Position numbers and translations under genes: made by a program. This document shows, piece after piece, positions 1-12,526 of a stretch of DNA of 32,000 nt. The notes beneath the pieces were generated by a model. The model was not told the DNA's origin. It made no database searches and worked only from the letters and a program-made list of their open reading frames with translations. Position 1 is the stretch's first letter. Each line of letters opens with the position of its first letter. This DNA is from Promethearchaeota archaeon (lineage in GTDB: Archaea > Asgardarchaeota > Lokiarchaeia > Sigyniarchaeales > SOKP01). Where the stretch lies: contig JAUWGH010000001.1 of NCBI GenBank assembly GCA_030606485.1, positions 210,001 through 242,000 on the forward strand. Direction: 5' to 3'.

Positions 1-723
1 GTTTTGCTTTTTGGTCCGCCCGGATGTGGGAAAACTTTACTGGCAAAAGCAGTTGCTACTGAGAGTAAATGTAATTTTATTTCAATTAAAGGTCCGGAGG
101 TCTTTTCAAAGTGGGTTGGAGAAAGTGAAAAAACAATTCGAGAAATCTTTAGAAAAGCACGTCTAGCATCACCTTCAATTGTCTATTTTGATGAGATTGA
201 TGCCATAACTTCTGGAAGGGGTGGTTTTGAAGGATCTCATGTATTTGAATCCATCGTCAACCAAATTTTAGTTGAAATGGATGGCCTTGAAAAAAGAGAA
301 GGAATTGTAGTGATTGCCAGCACAAATCGGCCTGATATGGTAGACCCTGCATTATTAAGACCAGGCAGGTTCGATCGTCTATTATATTGCCATGCTCCGG
401 ATAGAGAAAGTCGATTAAAAATTCTAGAAGTTCATACTAAAAATATGCCTTTAGCAGATGATGTTTCCCTGGAAAAAATGACCGATCAAACAGAAGGATA
501 TAGTGGAGCTGATCTTGAAAATTTAGTTAGGGAAGCAGGTATGCAAGCTATACGAGAAAAAAAAGAAGATTTCGATATAGTTGAGCGGCGCCATTTCGAA
601 TTTGCGATCACTAAAGTTAAATCTTCATTATCACAAGATTTTATTGAAAAATACGATAAAATAGCAAACCGAATTACAAGCTCCAGAAATATCAAAGAAG
701 CTCAAATCGATTTTTATAAATAG
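1..723 (+). CDS. cdc48: Cdc48/VCP-family AAA+ ATPase, C-terminal D2 domain (5' part lies outside the window)
   Basis: Frame is open from base 1. Walker A GPPGCGKT, SIKGPEVFSKWVGESEK pore region, Walker B YFDEID, second region of homology NRPDMVDPALLRPGRFD, C-terminal F-Y-K. Confidence 0.9.
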   Translation, partial: VLLFGPPGCGKTLLAKAVATESKCNFISIKGPEVFSKWVGESEKTIREIFRKARLASPSIVYFDEIDAITSGRGGFEGSHVFESIVNQILVEMDGLEKREGIVVIASTNRPDMVDPALLRPGRFDRLLYCHAPDRESRLKILEVHTKNMPLADDVSLEKMTDQTEGYSGADLENLVREAGMQAIREKKEDFDIVERRHFEFAITKVKSSLSQDFIEKYDKIANRITSSRNIKEAQIDFYK

Positions 724-754
724 ATTTAATTGATTGTGAGTATTATTTTTTTAC

Positions 755-1993
755 ATGTTTGACTATTTAATTAGTGATGATTATAAAAAATTAAGGGATA
801 AAGTTCGGGCTTTTGTCAGAAATGAAGTCCCGCATTCATTGCTAAAACAAATGGATAGAGATGAGGTAATATATCCCAAAGAATATGTTCAAAATTTAGC
901 TAAACACGGTCTTTTAGGCTTAAGATTCGATAAAAAATATGGCGGTCAAGGATTAAATTGGGAGGCTGAAGTCTTAGCACTTGAGGAAATTGGGGTTTTG
1001 GGAGGATCACTCGGATGTTTATTTGCCTTAGTTTCGATTTGCGGTGAAGCAATTCATATTTTTGGTACCGAAGAGCAAAAAATGAAATATCTAAAGCCAA
1101 CTTTAGAAGGTAAGATTTTCAACGCGGAAGCTCTGACCGAACCCCGAGGAGGCAGCGATTTTTTCGGCGCTACATGCACAGCAGAAAAAAAAGGAGATAA
1201 ATATATTTTAAATGGAGAAAAAAGATTTGTTGTAGGAGCTGAAGGGGCAGATTACTTTTTAGTATATGCGAAAACAAATCCCGAAAAACCACCTCGTGAA
1301 TCTTTAAGTCTTTTTATTGTTGATCGAACAGAAGGTGTTAAAGCTAAATATCTATATGGTTTATTGGGAACAAGAGGGGGAGGTGCAGGAAGATTAGTGT
1401 TCAAGGATGTTGAAGTTCCAGAAGAAAATTTAATTCTCGCTGAAGGTGCAGGAGGCAAAATCTTTTATCAAATGATGATCCCAGAACGATTAACAAGCGC
1501 TGCAGCAGCATTGGGTACTGCAAGAGCCTGTCTTCGGATTGCAACCAAATACAGCACAAAAAGAAAAGCCTTTGGTAAAGTTATTAAAAGATTTGAAGCA
1601 GTAAGTTTTAATATCGCAGAATCTATTACCCTATTAGATGCTGCTAGAGCCTTAACATTAAACACTGCAAGAGCAATTGATAATAACGCACCTCCGAGTG
1701 TTCAAAGAAGATTAGTCTCAGAATCCAAAAAATTTGCAACAGAATCTTGTTGGAAAATAGTTAATAATGCTATGCAAGTAATGGGAGGTATAGGTTACAC
1801 CACAGTCTATCCAATCGAACGACTACTTAGGGATACCCGACTTTGCATGATATGGACAGGAACCAGCGAGATAATGTCCTTAATTATCCAGCATGAGTAT
1901 TATAATGAAGTTCTATCGGAAAAATGGCTAGGACGAGACGTTGAACAAGACGCATTAGATTCCGATGCTGTAGAAGAAAAACATTATGGCTAA
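755..1993 (+). CDS. Acyl-CoA dehydrogenase family protein
   Basis: [36 protein letters not shown] and IERLLRD motifs of ACAD enzymes. Confidence 0.92.
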   Translation: MFDYLISDDYKKLRDKVRAFVRNEVPHSLLKQMDRDEVIYPKEYVQNLAKHGLLGLRFDKKYGGQGLNWEAEVLALEEIGVLGGSLGCLFALVSICGEAIHIFGTEEQKMKYLKPTLEGKIFNAEALTEPRGGSDFFGATCTAEKKGDKYILNGEKRFVVGAEGADYFLVYAKTNPEKPPRESLSLFIVDRTEGVKAKYLYGLLGTRGGGAGRLVFKDVEVPEENLILAEGAGGKIFYQMMIPERLTSAAAALGTARACLRIATKYSTKRKAFGKVIKRFEAVSFNIAESITLLDAARALTLNTARAIDNNAPPSVQRRLVSESKKFATESCWKIVNNAMQVMGGIGYTTVYPIERLLRDTRLCMIWTGTSEIMSLIIQHEYYNEVLSEKWLGRDVEQDALDSDAVEEKHYG

Positions 1994-2048
1994 ATAAATA
2001 AAAAAGAGATTCTAATCAGGAGTAAAATATTAGTAAAAACAAAAAAGA

Positions 2049-2597
2049 TTACCTAATTTCTCCGAATTGTTTTAAAATTGCAATAACCAGCGATTTAAAT
2101 GCTTCTTTGACTTTATCTCCCGTTTTTGCACTAGTTTCAATAAATTTAGTCGCGTTAATCTTTTTTGCTAATTCTCTGCCTTTATCTGTTGAAACTAATC
2201 GTGATTCCTCTAAATCCACTTTATTCCCGATGAGAATGTAGGAAGTATCTTCTCTAACGTTACCTTTAAAATCCTTCAGCCAAGAATCTGTAATATTCTG
2301 AAAAGTTTCCGGTCTAGTTGTGTCATAAACCATAAGAGCACCCCGGCACCCTTGAAAATACAGAGGACGAACCTGTAAGTATTTTTCCTGACCTGCAATG
2401 TCCCAAAAAACTAGTCGACAATGAATTTTTTTAGCGTCCTGCTCAATATCAATATCACTTCTAAATAAATCGCAACCCAATGTGGGTTTATACTCTTTTT
2501 CGAATTGTTTTTCAATATATTGTTTAATTAATGAAGTCTTACCTACTGCAAAGTCTCCACAGATGCATATCTTAAAAATGAAATCTCTTTCGCTCAA
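2049..2597 (-). CDS. Rab-like small GTPase (TTG start)
   Basis: G1 GDFAVGKTS, switch I YKPTLG, G3 WDIAGQE, G4 GNKVD, G5 ETSAK; no C-terminal Cys prenylation motif. Confidence 0.92.
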   Translation of the reverse strand: MSERDFIFKICICGDFAVGKTSLIKQYIEKQFEKEYKPTLGCDLFRSDIDIEQDAKKIHCRLVFWDIAGQEKYLQVRPLYFQGCRGALMVYDTTRPETFQNITDSWLKDFKGNVREDTSYILIGNKVDLEESRLVSTDKGRELAKKINATKFIETSAKTGDKVKEAFKSLVIAILKQFGEIR

Positions 2598-2654
2598 AAT
2601 TTTTTCTTTACCTAATCTTTATTTTTTCTTTATAATATTAAAATTTAATCTTTA

Positions 2655-2670
2655 ATTGAAATATTTCAAT
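2655..2670. promoter_or_regulatory. Perfect 16-bp palindrome ATTGAAATATTTCAAT between the two Rab-like genes; possible transcription-factor site
   Basis: Exact reverse-complement symmetry, about 60-75 bp upstream of the 2597 start. AT-rich, so chance occurrence is possible. Confidence 0.3.
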
Positions 2671-2721
2671 AAAAAATTGAAGAATTTCCTAGGAAATAAG
2701 TTGATTATAATGTTAAAAAAA

Positions 2722-3279
2722 TTACTCTATTTTCCCAAGATTCTTTAATATTTGAATAGATAAACTTTTAAAGGCATTAGTTACATTTTCTCCGGTTTTT
2801 GCACTAGTTTCAATAAATTCAGTGGCATTAATCTCCTCAGCTAATTCTATTCCCTCCTCTTTTAAAACCGATTGCGAATCCTTTAAATCTATTTTATTTC
2901 CTATAAGAACAAAAGAAACTCTACTCCCCGTATTAATTAATAATTCATTTAACCATATATTCGTTATGTCTTCGAATGTCGTAGGTCTGGTGCAATCATA
3001 AACTAAAAAAGCACCAACACAACCCTTGAAATATAAAGAACGTATTAACTCAAATCTACTTTGCCCAGCTATATCCCATATTACTAGTGTACATAGAAAT
3101 TGCTTCCCCCCCTCAACTTCAATTCCTACATTCTGTCGAAGTAAATTTGCACCAAGTGTAGGACGATAATCTTCCTTGAATCTCGCCTCAACAAAACGAT
3201 TTATTAATGAAGTTTTTCCAACAGCTGCATCTCCTATAATTACTATTTTGAATATATAATCCCCTTCGCTCATAACCAA
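2722..3279 (-). CDS. Rab-like small GTPase, tandem paralog (true start probably the ATG at 3273)
   Basis: GDAAVGKTS, YRPTLG, WDIAGQS, GNKID, ETSAK; purine-rich AAGAGGA ribosome-binding site upstream. Confidence 0.92.
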   Translation of the reverse strand: MVMSEGDYIFKIVIIGDAAVGKTSLINRFVEARFKEDYRPTLGANLLRQNVGIEVEGGKQFLCTLVIWDIAGQSRFELIRSLYFKGCVGAFLVYDCTRPTTFEDITNIWLNELLINTGSRVSFVLIGNKIDLKDSQSVLKEEGIELAEEINATEFIETSAKTGENVTNAFKSLSIQILKNLGKIE

Positions 3280-3294
3280 ATTTCCTCTTTTCTT

Positions 3295-3723
3295 TTAAAG
3301 GTCTAATAAAGATAAATCCCATTCCGGATCATTAACTCGTTCTATAGCAGGTTTAAATTCATAAATTAGTACTTCACCGGTAACACTGATGATAGAGGGT
3401 TGGCTTAAATGACCTCCAATGATTGAATAATCTGCATTCCCAAGCGTTATATGCAGGTGAATTATTGGCTCTCCGTCTTTCTGAGCAATAGAGCCCATAC
3501 AAGTCGTCATCTCAACAGGAGTGTCGAATGTTTTAAATTGATATTCCTTGGTGTCAATATTAAAATAACCAATCGTAAATTTCTTACATGCACCAATCAC
3601 ATTGACTAATCCTGATTTAACTTTATGCTCTTTTACAAGTTTCATAACAGAATCTAAAATATCTTCTCCACCCGTTAATTTCGCTACGATAACTCTTCCA
3701 ATTTTGAATTCTTTACTCTTCAT
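3295..3723 (-). CDS. PPC domain / DUF296 protein
   Basis: GEDILDSV, VIGA, IHLHITLG (HxH) and IIGGHL motifs; 142 aa. Confidence 0.85.
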   Translation of the reverse strand: MKSKEFKIGRVIVAKLTGGEDILDSVMKLVKEHKVKSGLVNVIGACKKFTIGYFNIDTKEYQFKTFDTPVEMTTCMGSIAQKDGEPIIHLHITLGNADYSIIGGHLSQPSIISVTGEVLIYEFKPAIERVNDPEWDLSLLDL

Positions 3724-3826
3724 AGAATAATTTACGCCTAAATGTACTTATTGTTTTATGCTTAAATTAATTGCCTTTAGAATATAATTTTAATGAGAAT
3801 ATACAAATAAATAAATATCCATATAA

Positions 3827-7376
<3,550 letters not shown>

Positions 7377-7377
7377 A

Positions 7378-7617
7378 TTATATTCTCCATTTCTTTTGTT
7401 CAGAATCTATAAAGGCTTTAGCTTTTTCTATATTAATTTCATCTCTCAATAAACCTCGAAGCATCCCTATATGAGATATTTTAGGTTTAATAATAATTCC
7501 ATTGTCTTGAAGCAGTAAAATTACCTCGTCTCCTGCGTGTATATTTAGTATCTCTCGGAATTCCTTAGGAATCGTTAATTGACCTTTAGTTGAAATTCTA
7601 CTATGTTTGATTTCCAT
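7378..7617 (-). CDS. vapB: AbrB/MazE/SpoVT-family antitoxin (VapB-like)
   Basis: RISTKGQLTIPKEFREILNIHAGDEV AbrB signature; directly upstream of the PIN gene. Confidence 0.87.
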   Translation of the reverse strand: MEIKHSRISTKGQLTIPKEFREILNIHAGDEVILLLQDNGIIIKPKISHIGMLRGLLRDEINIEKAKAFIDSEQKKWRI

Positions 7618-7641
7618 ATAATCTCACATAATTTATTAGTT

Positions 7642-7660
7642 GTAGGAATATAAATCTTAC
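7642..7660. promoter_or_regulatory. Imperfect inverted repeat GTAGGA-N7-TCTTAC over the TATA-like box of the vapBC promoter; probable autoregulatory operator
   Basis: The spacer ATATAAA reads TTTATAT on the minus strand about 30 bp upstream of 7617; a further TCTTAC half-site lies at 7675-7680. Confidence 0.4.
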
Positions 7661-7738
7661 CTTTTTACTTTTTGTCTTACTTCCTTATTAACTTTCAAAT
7701 TTATTCTAAACGTGTATTTTGCTCCATAAGGCTCATAA

Positions 7739-9694
7739 TTATAGAAATATATAGTTATGGGCAATTTTTCTCAAATATCTTCCACGTAAGAAATGAACAT
7801 GCTTCACGCATCTTAAACTTTCAGTACTAAAATTATCTATTGAGTAAAAAATAAGTTCTCGATTTTTTCTGGCAGCAAGATTAAAAAAATATGGACGAGG
7901 ATGGTCTTTTGCGATGTATATTATATATTTTTCACTTGAATATATAATTCCCGCTTTCAGCAACCGTTCTGCTTTATTTTCTACATTTCCATACTCAAAG
8001 TCATATTCTTCAAGAAACACAGGTCTCAGACGACCCGGTGGGAAAATAGTTAATAAACCACCGACCTCAACATGGGCGATACCAGGACCAATCACATATT
8101 CCCCAGGATTAGTGGTATATAAAGCCATATCACTTTCTTTATCATGTTCTGCCCACCATGTTAGTTTGAAAGGGTATTTCTCGTTTTCTTCTTTAGCCTC
8201 ATCATCAAATATAACTATTAATGTATCGATCTTTCCAACTATTGGTCGTTCGTTTCGTACATAGATTTTTCTCTCAATTGGCCACTTCCGAATTGTTTCT
8301 TTTATGTCAATTCCATCCATTAAAGATGATTTGAACTCCTCAACCTTTACATTTTGATCTTTTAATTTTTTCTTAATTCTTTTGCGTATGAATGCAAAAT
8401 AATCTTCAATAACAATATCTTCTGGTGGCCATGAGACTAAATCTTTTCCACCGTTCCAGAGATCACGCCATTCTCCCGGATATTTTTCTTTTGGTCGTTT
8501 TTTCATTGGAAGATCGTCATTTTCTTTAAAATATCTGGCATGACGGGGACGCAATTTTATGAATTTTCCTTTACTGATTGCTCCTTCCATATTCAAATCT
8601 AAATCTGGATATTTACCGCTATCATCTTCAAAAGGATATTTAGCTGCAACCTCAAGAACCTTCCAAGCATAATCATCATCCACACAGTTCTTAGAAGATA
8701 CTAATAATTGAAATAATGTAGGATTTAGTAAATTTTCAGCAATGGACAAATTCCTACAATATTGAAATAATGTTTTCAGCCTATGCAAGTCAATAAATTC
8801 TTTAAATTCTTCTCTGTAAAAATCTCTTGCTTGCAAAAATATAGGTCTAATAAATTCTTGTTTGTCAAATGAATTTAACTTTTGAAAAAAAACTTCTGGC
8901 TCTTCATATTTTTCTAACTCCTTTTCAGAATATTTCTCTCTAAATTTTTCCCAGTTGATCGTTATATATGGTATTTCTCTCAGTAAGAATCTAGCAGAGC
9001 CGCCTTTAATATTAAAAATTTCAACATATCTTTGAGGTAATAAATCCTCTTCTACTTCTTTTAATTCTGATTCATTCTCCAAATAATGTTTTATGTTTTC
9101 CCAATGAGCGAGCCCACAAATAAAAAGGACTCGATTATAAAGCTTCATTAATTTTATCAAATGAGATGCCATAAATTTCTCACGCTTTTCATCAATTTTT
9201 CTTAACTTATCGTCCTCTGGAAATTGTTTTTTCTTTTCGTTAATTATTTTAAATACCTCTCTATAAAATACTTCAAGTCCAAGCTTTGATAGTGCATAAT
9301 CATCTGGCAATTGATACGCAAACGGAGTATAATCTTTAACACTTAAATCAATAAATTCAAGCGTAATTTTATGCTCTTGAGATAATCTAATTCCCTCAAT
9401 TATTGCATCACCTGGGTCTATTGGAATAAAACTCATTGTTTTTGGTTGCATTGTATCTGCATATCCAATAAGAGATAAGTAAGGAAGTCTTTCTACACCT
9501 TCCAAAATTTGTTCTTTAATATTATTCGGTAGCTCAACTGCAATTACATCTGGGTAAATTTGATAAAATGCAGTTCGAATTAACTTTGAGAATTCAATTC
9601 TTGAATGAAAAACAGGAATAACATAGATATTTTTAAATTTTAAATAAGATTTTTTTATTATTTTCCCCCTTCCATTATAATTCTCAAAACTCAA
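7739..9694 (-). CDS. Conserved hypothetical MoxR partner; N-terminal TraB/TIKI/EreA-like domain and possible degenerate vWA-like C-terminus
   Basis: VFHSR...VIAVELP near the N-terminus, REKFMASHL...RVLFICGLAHW, later DGIDIKETIR followed by TLIVIFD; 9-bp gap to the MoxR gene. Confidence 0.55.
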   Translation of the reverse strand: MSFENYNGRGKIIKKSYLKFKNIYVIPVFHSRIEFSKLIRTAFYQIYPDVIAVELPNNIKEQILEGVERLPYLSLIGYADTMQPKTMSFIPIDPGDAIIEGIRLSQEHKITLEFIDLSVKDYTPFAYQLPDDYALSKLGLEVFYREVFKIINEKKKQFPEDDKLRKIDEKREKFMASHLIKLMKLYNRVLFICGLAHWENIKHYLENESELKEVEEDLLPQRYVEIFNIKGGSARFLLREIPYITINWEKFREKYSEKELEKYEEPEVFFQKLNSFDKQEFIRPIFLQARDFYREEFKEFIDLHRLKTLFQYCRNLSIAENLLNPTLFQLLVSSKNCVDDDYAWKVLEVAAKYPFEDDSGKYPDLDLNMEGAISKGKFIKLRPRHARYFKENDDLPMKKRPKEKYPGEWRDLWNGGKDLVSWPPEDIVIEDYFAFIRKRIKKKLKDQNVKVEEFKSSLMDGIDIKETIRKWPIERKIYVRNERPIVGKIDTLIVIFDDEAKEENEKYPFKLTWWAEHDKESDMALYTTNPGEYVIGPGIAHVEVGGLLTIFPPGRLRPVFLEEYDFEYGNVENKAERLLKAGIIYSSEKYIIYIAKDHPRPYFFNLAARKNRELIFYSIDNFSTESLRCVKHVHFLRGRYLRKIAHNYIFL

Positions 9695-9703
9695 TTTCTG
9701 GGT

Positions 9704-10720
9704 TTAAATATCATCATCATCTTTATCATCAAAATCAGATAATTCATCATCATAGAAATCATTATCATCAGATTCTTCTATATCATGCAACACTTTAAAT
9801 GAAGGTGGTATTGGTTCAGAATCTTTTATTTTCGAAAAAGCAATCAAAATGTTTTTTTCTCTACGTTTCATGTATTCTTCATATTCTCCTTTCGTATATT
9901 TAATAGATGATTTATCTAGAATATGAATCATCGAATCTTTAAAGTCTGGAATAGATAATTCACTATAATCTTCATTTTTACTTGCTTTCAATTTCATATA
10001 ATATCGTAGAATGTTGATACCATCCCTGACAGTATAAGGCTCATCGTGAATATGTGCATTTTGTAAAAATTCAACAGTATATTCTAAAATTTCCTTTTCG
10101 GCAAAAGGAAGATTATATTTTAATATTTCTAATTCATCAACCCTTCCGGGAAACTCAATAAAAATTTTCGGTTGCAATCGGCTTGAAATGTATTCAGGGA
10201 TCTCATAAGTACTTGCATCTTCATTCATTGTAGTACATAGTCTAAAATCTTCATGTGCATAAATCCTAATGCCGGCAATAATTGATTCCACATAACGTCT
10301 GCGGTCCATCAGCGGAGCTATTGAAGCCCAGCATTTTTCTGACATCCGATTTCCCTCATCTAAAACACAAACACCACCCTTGATCATTGCTGAAACTAAA
10401 GAACTTGCGTGGTATTCTATCTCATTTTTTGCGGCAATGATAGGTGTTATAATAAGATCTTCTGGTCTTACATCCATTGAGGCTTGAAATAAATAAACCG
10501 GTTTATTCAAGGATTTTCCTGCGGCATACGCCAATGTAGTTTTACCAACACCTGGTTTTCCTAAAATTCGTGGATTTAAAGGTAAATCATCATCATCTAA
10601 CAATAACCAAGCTGCTTTTAATTGTCTAATAAGCGTATCATCACCGACCCAATCCATATTTATATCTACTGGTTCGGATAAACGTAGCTCTACGCCTTCT
10701 ATTTCTATTTTTTCAACCAT
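9704..10720 (-). CDS. MoxR-family AAA+ ATPase with acidic C-terminal tail
   Basis: Walker A GKPGVGKT, Walker B CVLDEGNR, sensor TTMN, SRLQP arginine-finger region; Asp-rich tail. Confidence 0.85.
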   Translation of the reverse strand: MVEKIEIEGVELRLSEPVDINMDWVGDDTLIRQLKAAWLLLDDDDLPLNPRILGKPGVGKTTLAYAAGKSLNKPVYLFQASMDVRPEDLIITPIIAAKNEIEYHASSLVSAMIKGGVCVLDEGNRMSEKCWASIAPLMDRRRYVESIIAGIRIYAHEDFRLCTTMNEDASTYEIPEYISSRLQPKIFIEFPGRVDELEILKYNLPFAEKEILEYTVEFLQNAHIHDEPYTVRDGINILRYYMKLKASKNEDYSELSIPDFKDSMIHILDKSSIKYTKGEYEEYMKRREKNILIAFSKIKDSEPIPPSFKVLHDIEESDDNDFYDDELSDFDDKDDDDI

Positions 10721-10788
10721 AGATTATCAATAATAATGATGAATATCTTACTTATTATATTTGTTGCAATCTTTAAAGCTTAGAAAAA

Positions 10789-12354
10789 TTAACTATTTAC
10801 TTCTTCTTTTTCAAAATCATCTTTTGAAGCATAATTAATCTCGTGGAAATCAAGCCTTTTTAGGAAATAATCTAATCGTTTTAGAAATGCTTGGAAATTT
10901 CTTTTCTTTTTAGGTGTCCATCCAATTTCCGCAACGGCAATTAGACGTGGAAATGTGTGCCATTCCAGACGTTTTTTATTTGGAATATATTCGGTCCATA
11001 AACAAGCCTCAAGACCAAGTATTTGGTTAAAAAATTTTTGTTCTAATTCATTTGGAATGGGGTCATACATGTAAGTCTTACGCAATGCAAGTAAATTATA
11101 AGGAAAATTCAAATAAACAGCGTTCAGTTCTGACATAACCACATTCCTACCCATTCTCAGATGCTCTAGAACTTTATCAAAATTATGTGTCCAATACTGA
11201 CAAATAGCATTTTTATCCAAATTTTCATTTAGAATTTCATTCCAGCCCACTAAGTTGCGCCCATGAGAAGTTATATAGTCTGCAATTCTGTTTGTAAAAT
11301 ATACTTGTAGATCTTCTTCGGTCTCAAGACCTTCATCCTTCATCCGATTTTGACAATCAGGGCACCTGTGCCACCGTCTTTTTGGAACCTCATCCCCACC
11401 TATATGAATTATTTCAGAAGGAAAGATATTCATTACTTCATTCAGAACATCCTGTACAAACTCAAAAACCTTTTCTTTACCTACACAGAGTACTTCTTTG
11501 TGAATACCAAAACGAGTACTGACTTCAAAAGGTCCGCCAATACAGCTTAATTCTGGATATGAAGCAAGAATCGCCGTTGAATGGCCGGGAAAATCTATTT
11601 CAGGAATTATAGTAATAAATCGCTCTGCCGCATAATTAATTATCTCCTTTAAATCCTCTTGTAAATAATATCCAGAAACAGGGATCCCATCTATCCCTTT
11701 TCGCTTACTTATAAAAGTACCTTTTCTTTTCGAGCCAACTTCTGTGAGAAGATGATACTTTTTTATTTCGATCCTCCAACCTTGATCATCAGTCAAATGC
11801 CAATGAAAAATATTTAATTTTAAGAATGCCATTAGATCTAGAATTTTTTTAACAACACCTTTACCAAAAAAATGTCTTGCTTCATCTAACATAAATCCCC
11901 GCCAAGGAAAACGGGGAAAATCTTCAATTATTACACAAGGAATGGACAGTGTTACCTTTTTTTGAGTTAGGCTCTCTATTTCTGGTGGAAATAGCTGTCG
12001 CAGTGTTTGGACGCCATAAAAAAGCCCTATTGGAGTAAGAGCTGAGATATCAATACCATTTTGAGAGACTTTTAATTTATATCCTTCATGTTTAAAACTC
12101 TTCACATTCTCAGTAATTCTTAGTGTAATAGTGTTATTTTTCTCTTCTGTCTGAGTAAGATCTTCAATAGATAGATTTAAACCTGTGACTTGAGCTAAGA
12201 ATTGTTCTAATAGTTCAGCAATTTCTTTTAATTTTAAATCTGTTAAAATAACCGTTTTTTTATTAAAAGTAAAAATATCCTTTTCTGAAATTATTTTAAC
12301 TGGTTCAGGTATAATTGAAACTTTATAGCTTGACACTATTTCATTTCGCTTCAT
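10789..12354 (-). CDS. GH20 beta-N-acetylhexosaminidase, no signal peptide
   Basis: DFPRFPWRGFMLDEARHF, FHWHLTDDQGWRIEI, PEIDFPGH, catalytic HIGGDE, GLEACLWTEY. Confidence 0.92.
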   Translation of the reverse strand: MKRNEIVSSYKVSIIPEPVKIISEKDIFTFNKKTVILTDLKLKEIAELLEQFLAQVTGLNLSIEDLTQTEEKNNTITLRITENVKSFKHEGYKLKVSQNGIDISALTPIGLFYGVQTLRQLFPPEIESLTQKKVTLSIPCVIIEDFPRFPWRGFMLDEARHFFGKGVVKKILDLMAFLKLNIFHWHLTDDQGWRIEIKKYHLLTEVGSKRKGTFISKRKGIDGIPVSGYYLQEDLKEIINYAAERFITIIPEIDFPGHSTAILASYPELSCIGGPFEVSTRFGIHKEVLCVGKEKVFEFVQDVLNEVMNIFPSEIIHIGGDEVPKRRWHRCPDCQNRMKDEGLETEEDLQVYFTNRIADYITSHGRNLVGWNEILNENLDKNAICQYWTHNFDKVLEHLRMGRNVVMSELNAVYLNFPYNLLALRKTYMYDPIPNELEQKFFNQILGLEACLWTEYIPNKKRLEWHTFPRLIAVAEIGWTPKKKRNFQAFLKRLDYFLKRLDFHEINYASKDDFEKEEVNS

Positions 12355-12446
12355 TGACTATAAGTTATTGATAATTGTTTATGAGTTTTATTGATAAAAA
12401 TAATAACATGAAAATTTTATTGATATTATATAAAATAATTCTCGAT

Positions 12447-12497
12447 TGGTCATATGTCCAAAATGATCACATATAAATATGACCATTTTGATCATAT
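12447..12497. promoter_or_regulatory. Two tandem palindromic operator-like sites between the divergent hexosaminidase and PadR genes
   Basis: ATATGTCCA-AAA-TGATCACAT (12452-12472) and ATATGACCA-TTT-TGATCATAT (12477-12497), 25 bp apart, plus a TGGTCATAT half-site at 12447-12455; TTATAAA box at 12497-12503. Confidence 0.6.
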
Positions 12498-12526
12498 TAT
12501 AAAGAAACTCTTTTCGTTTTGTATAG

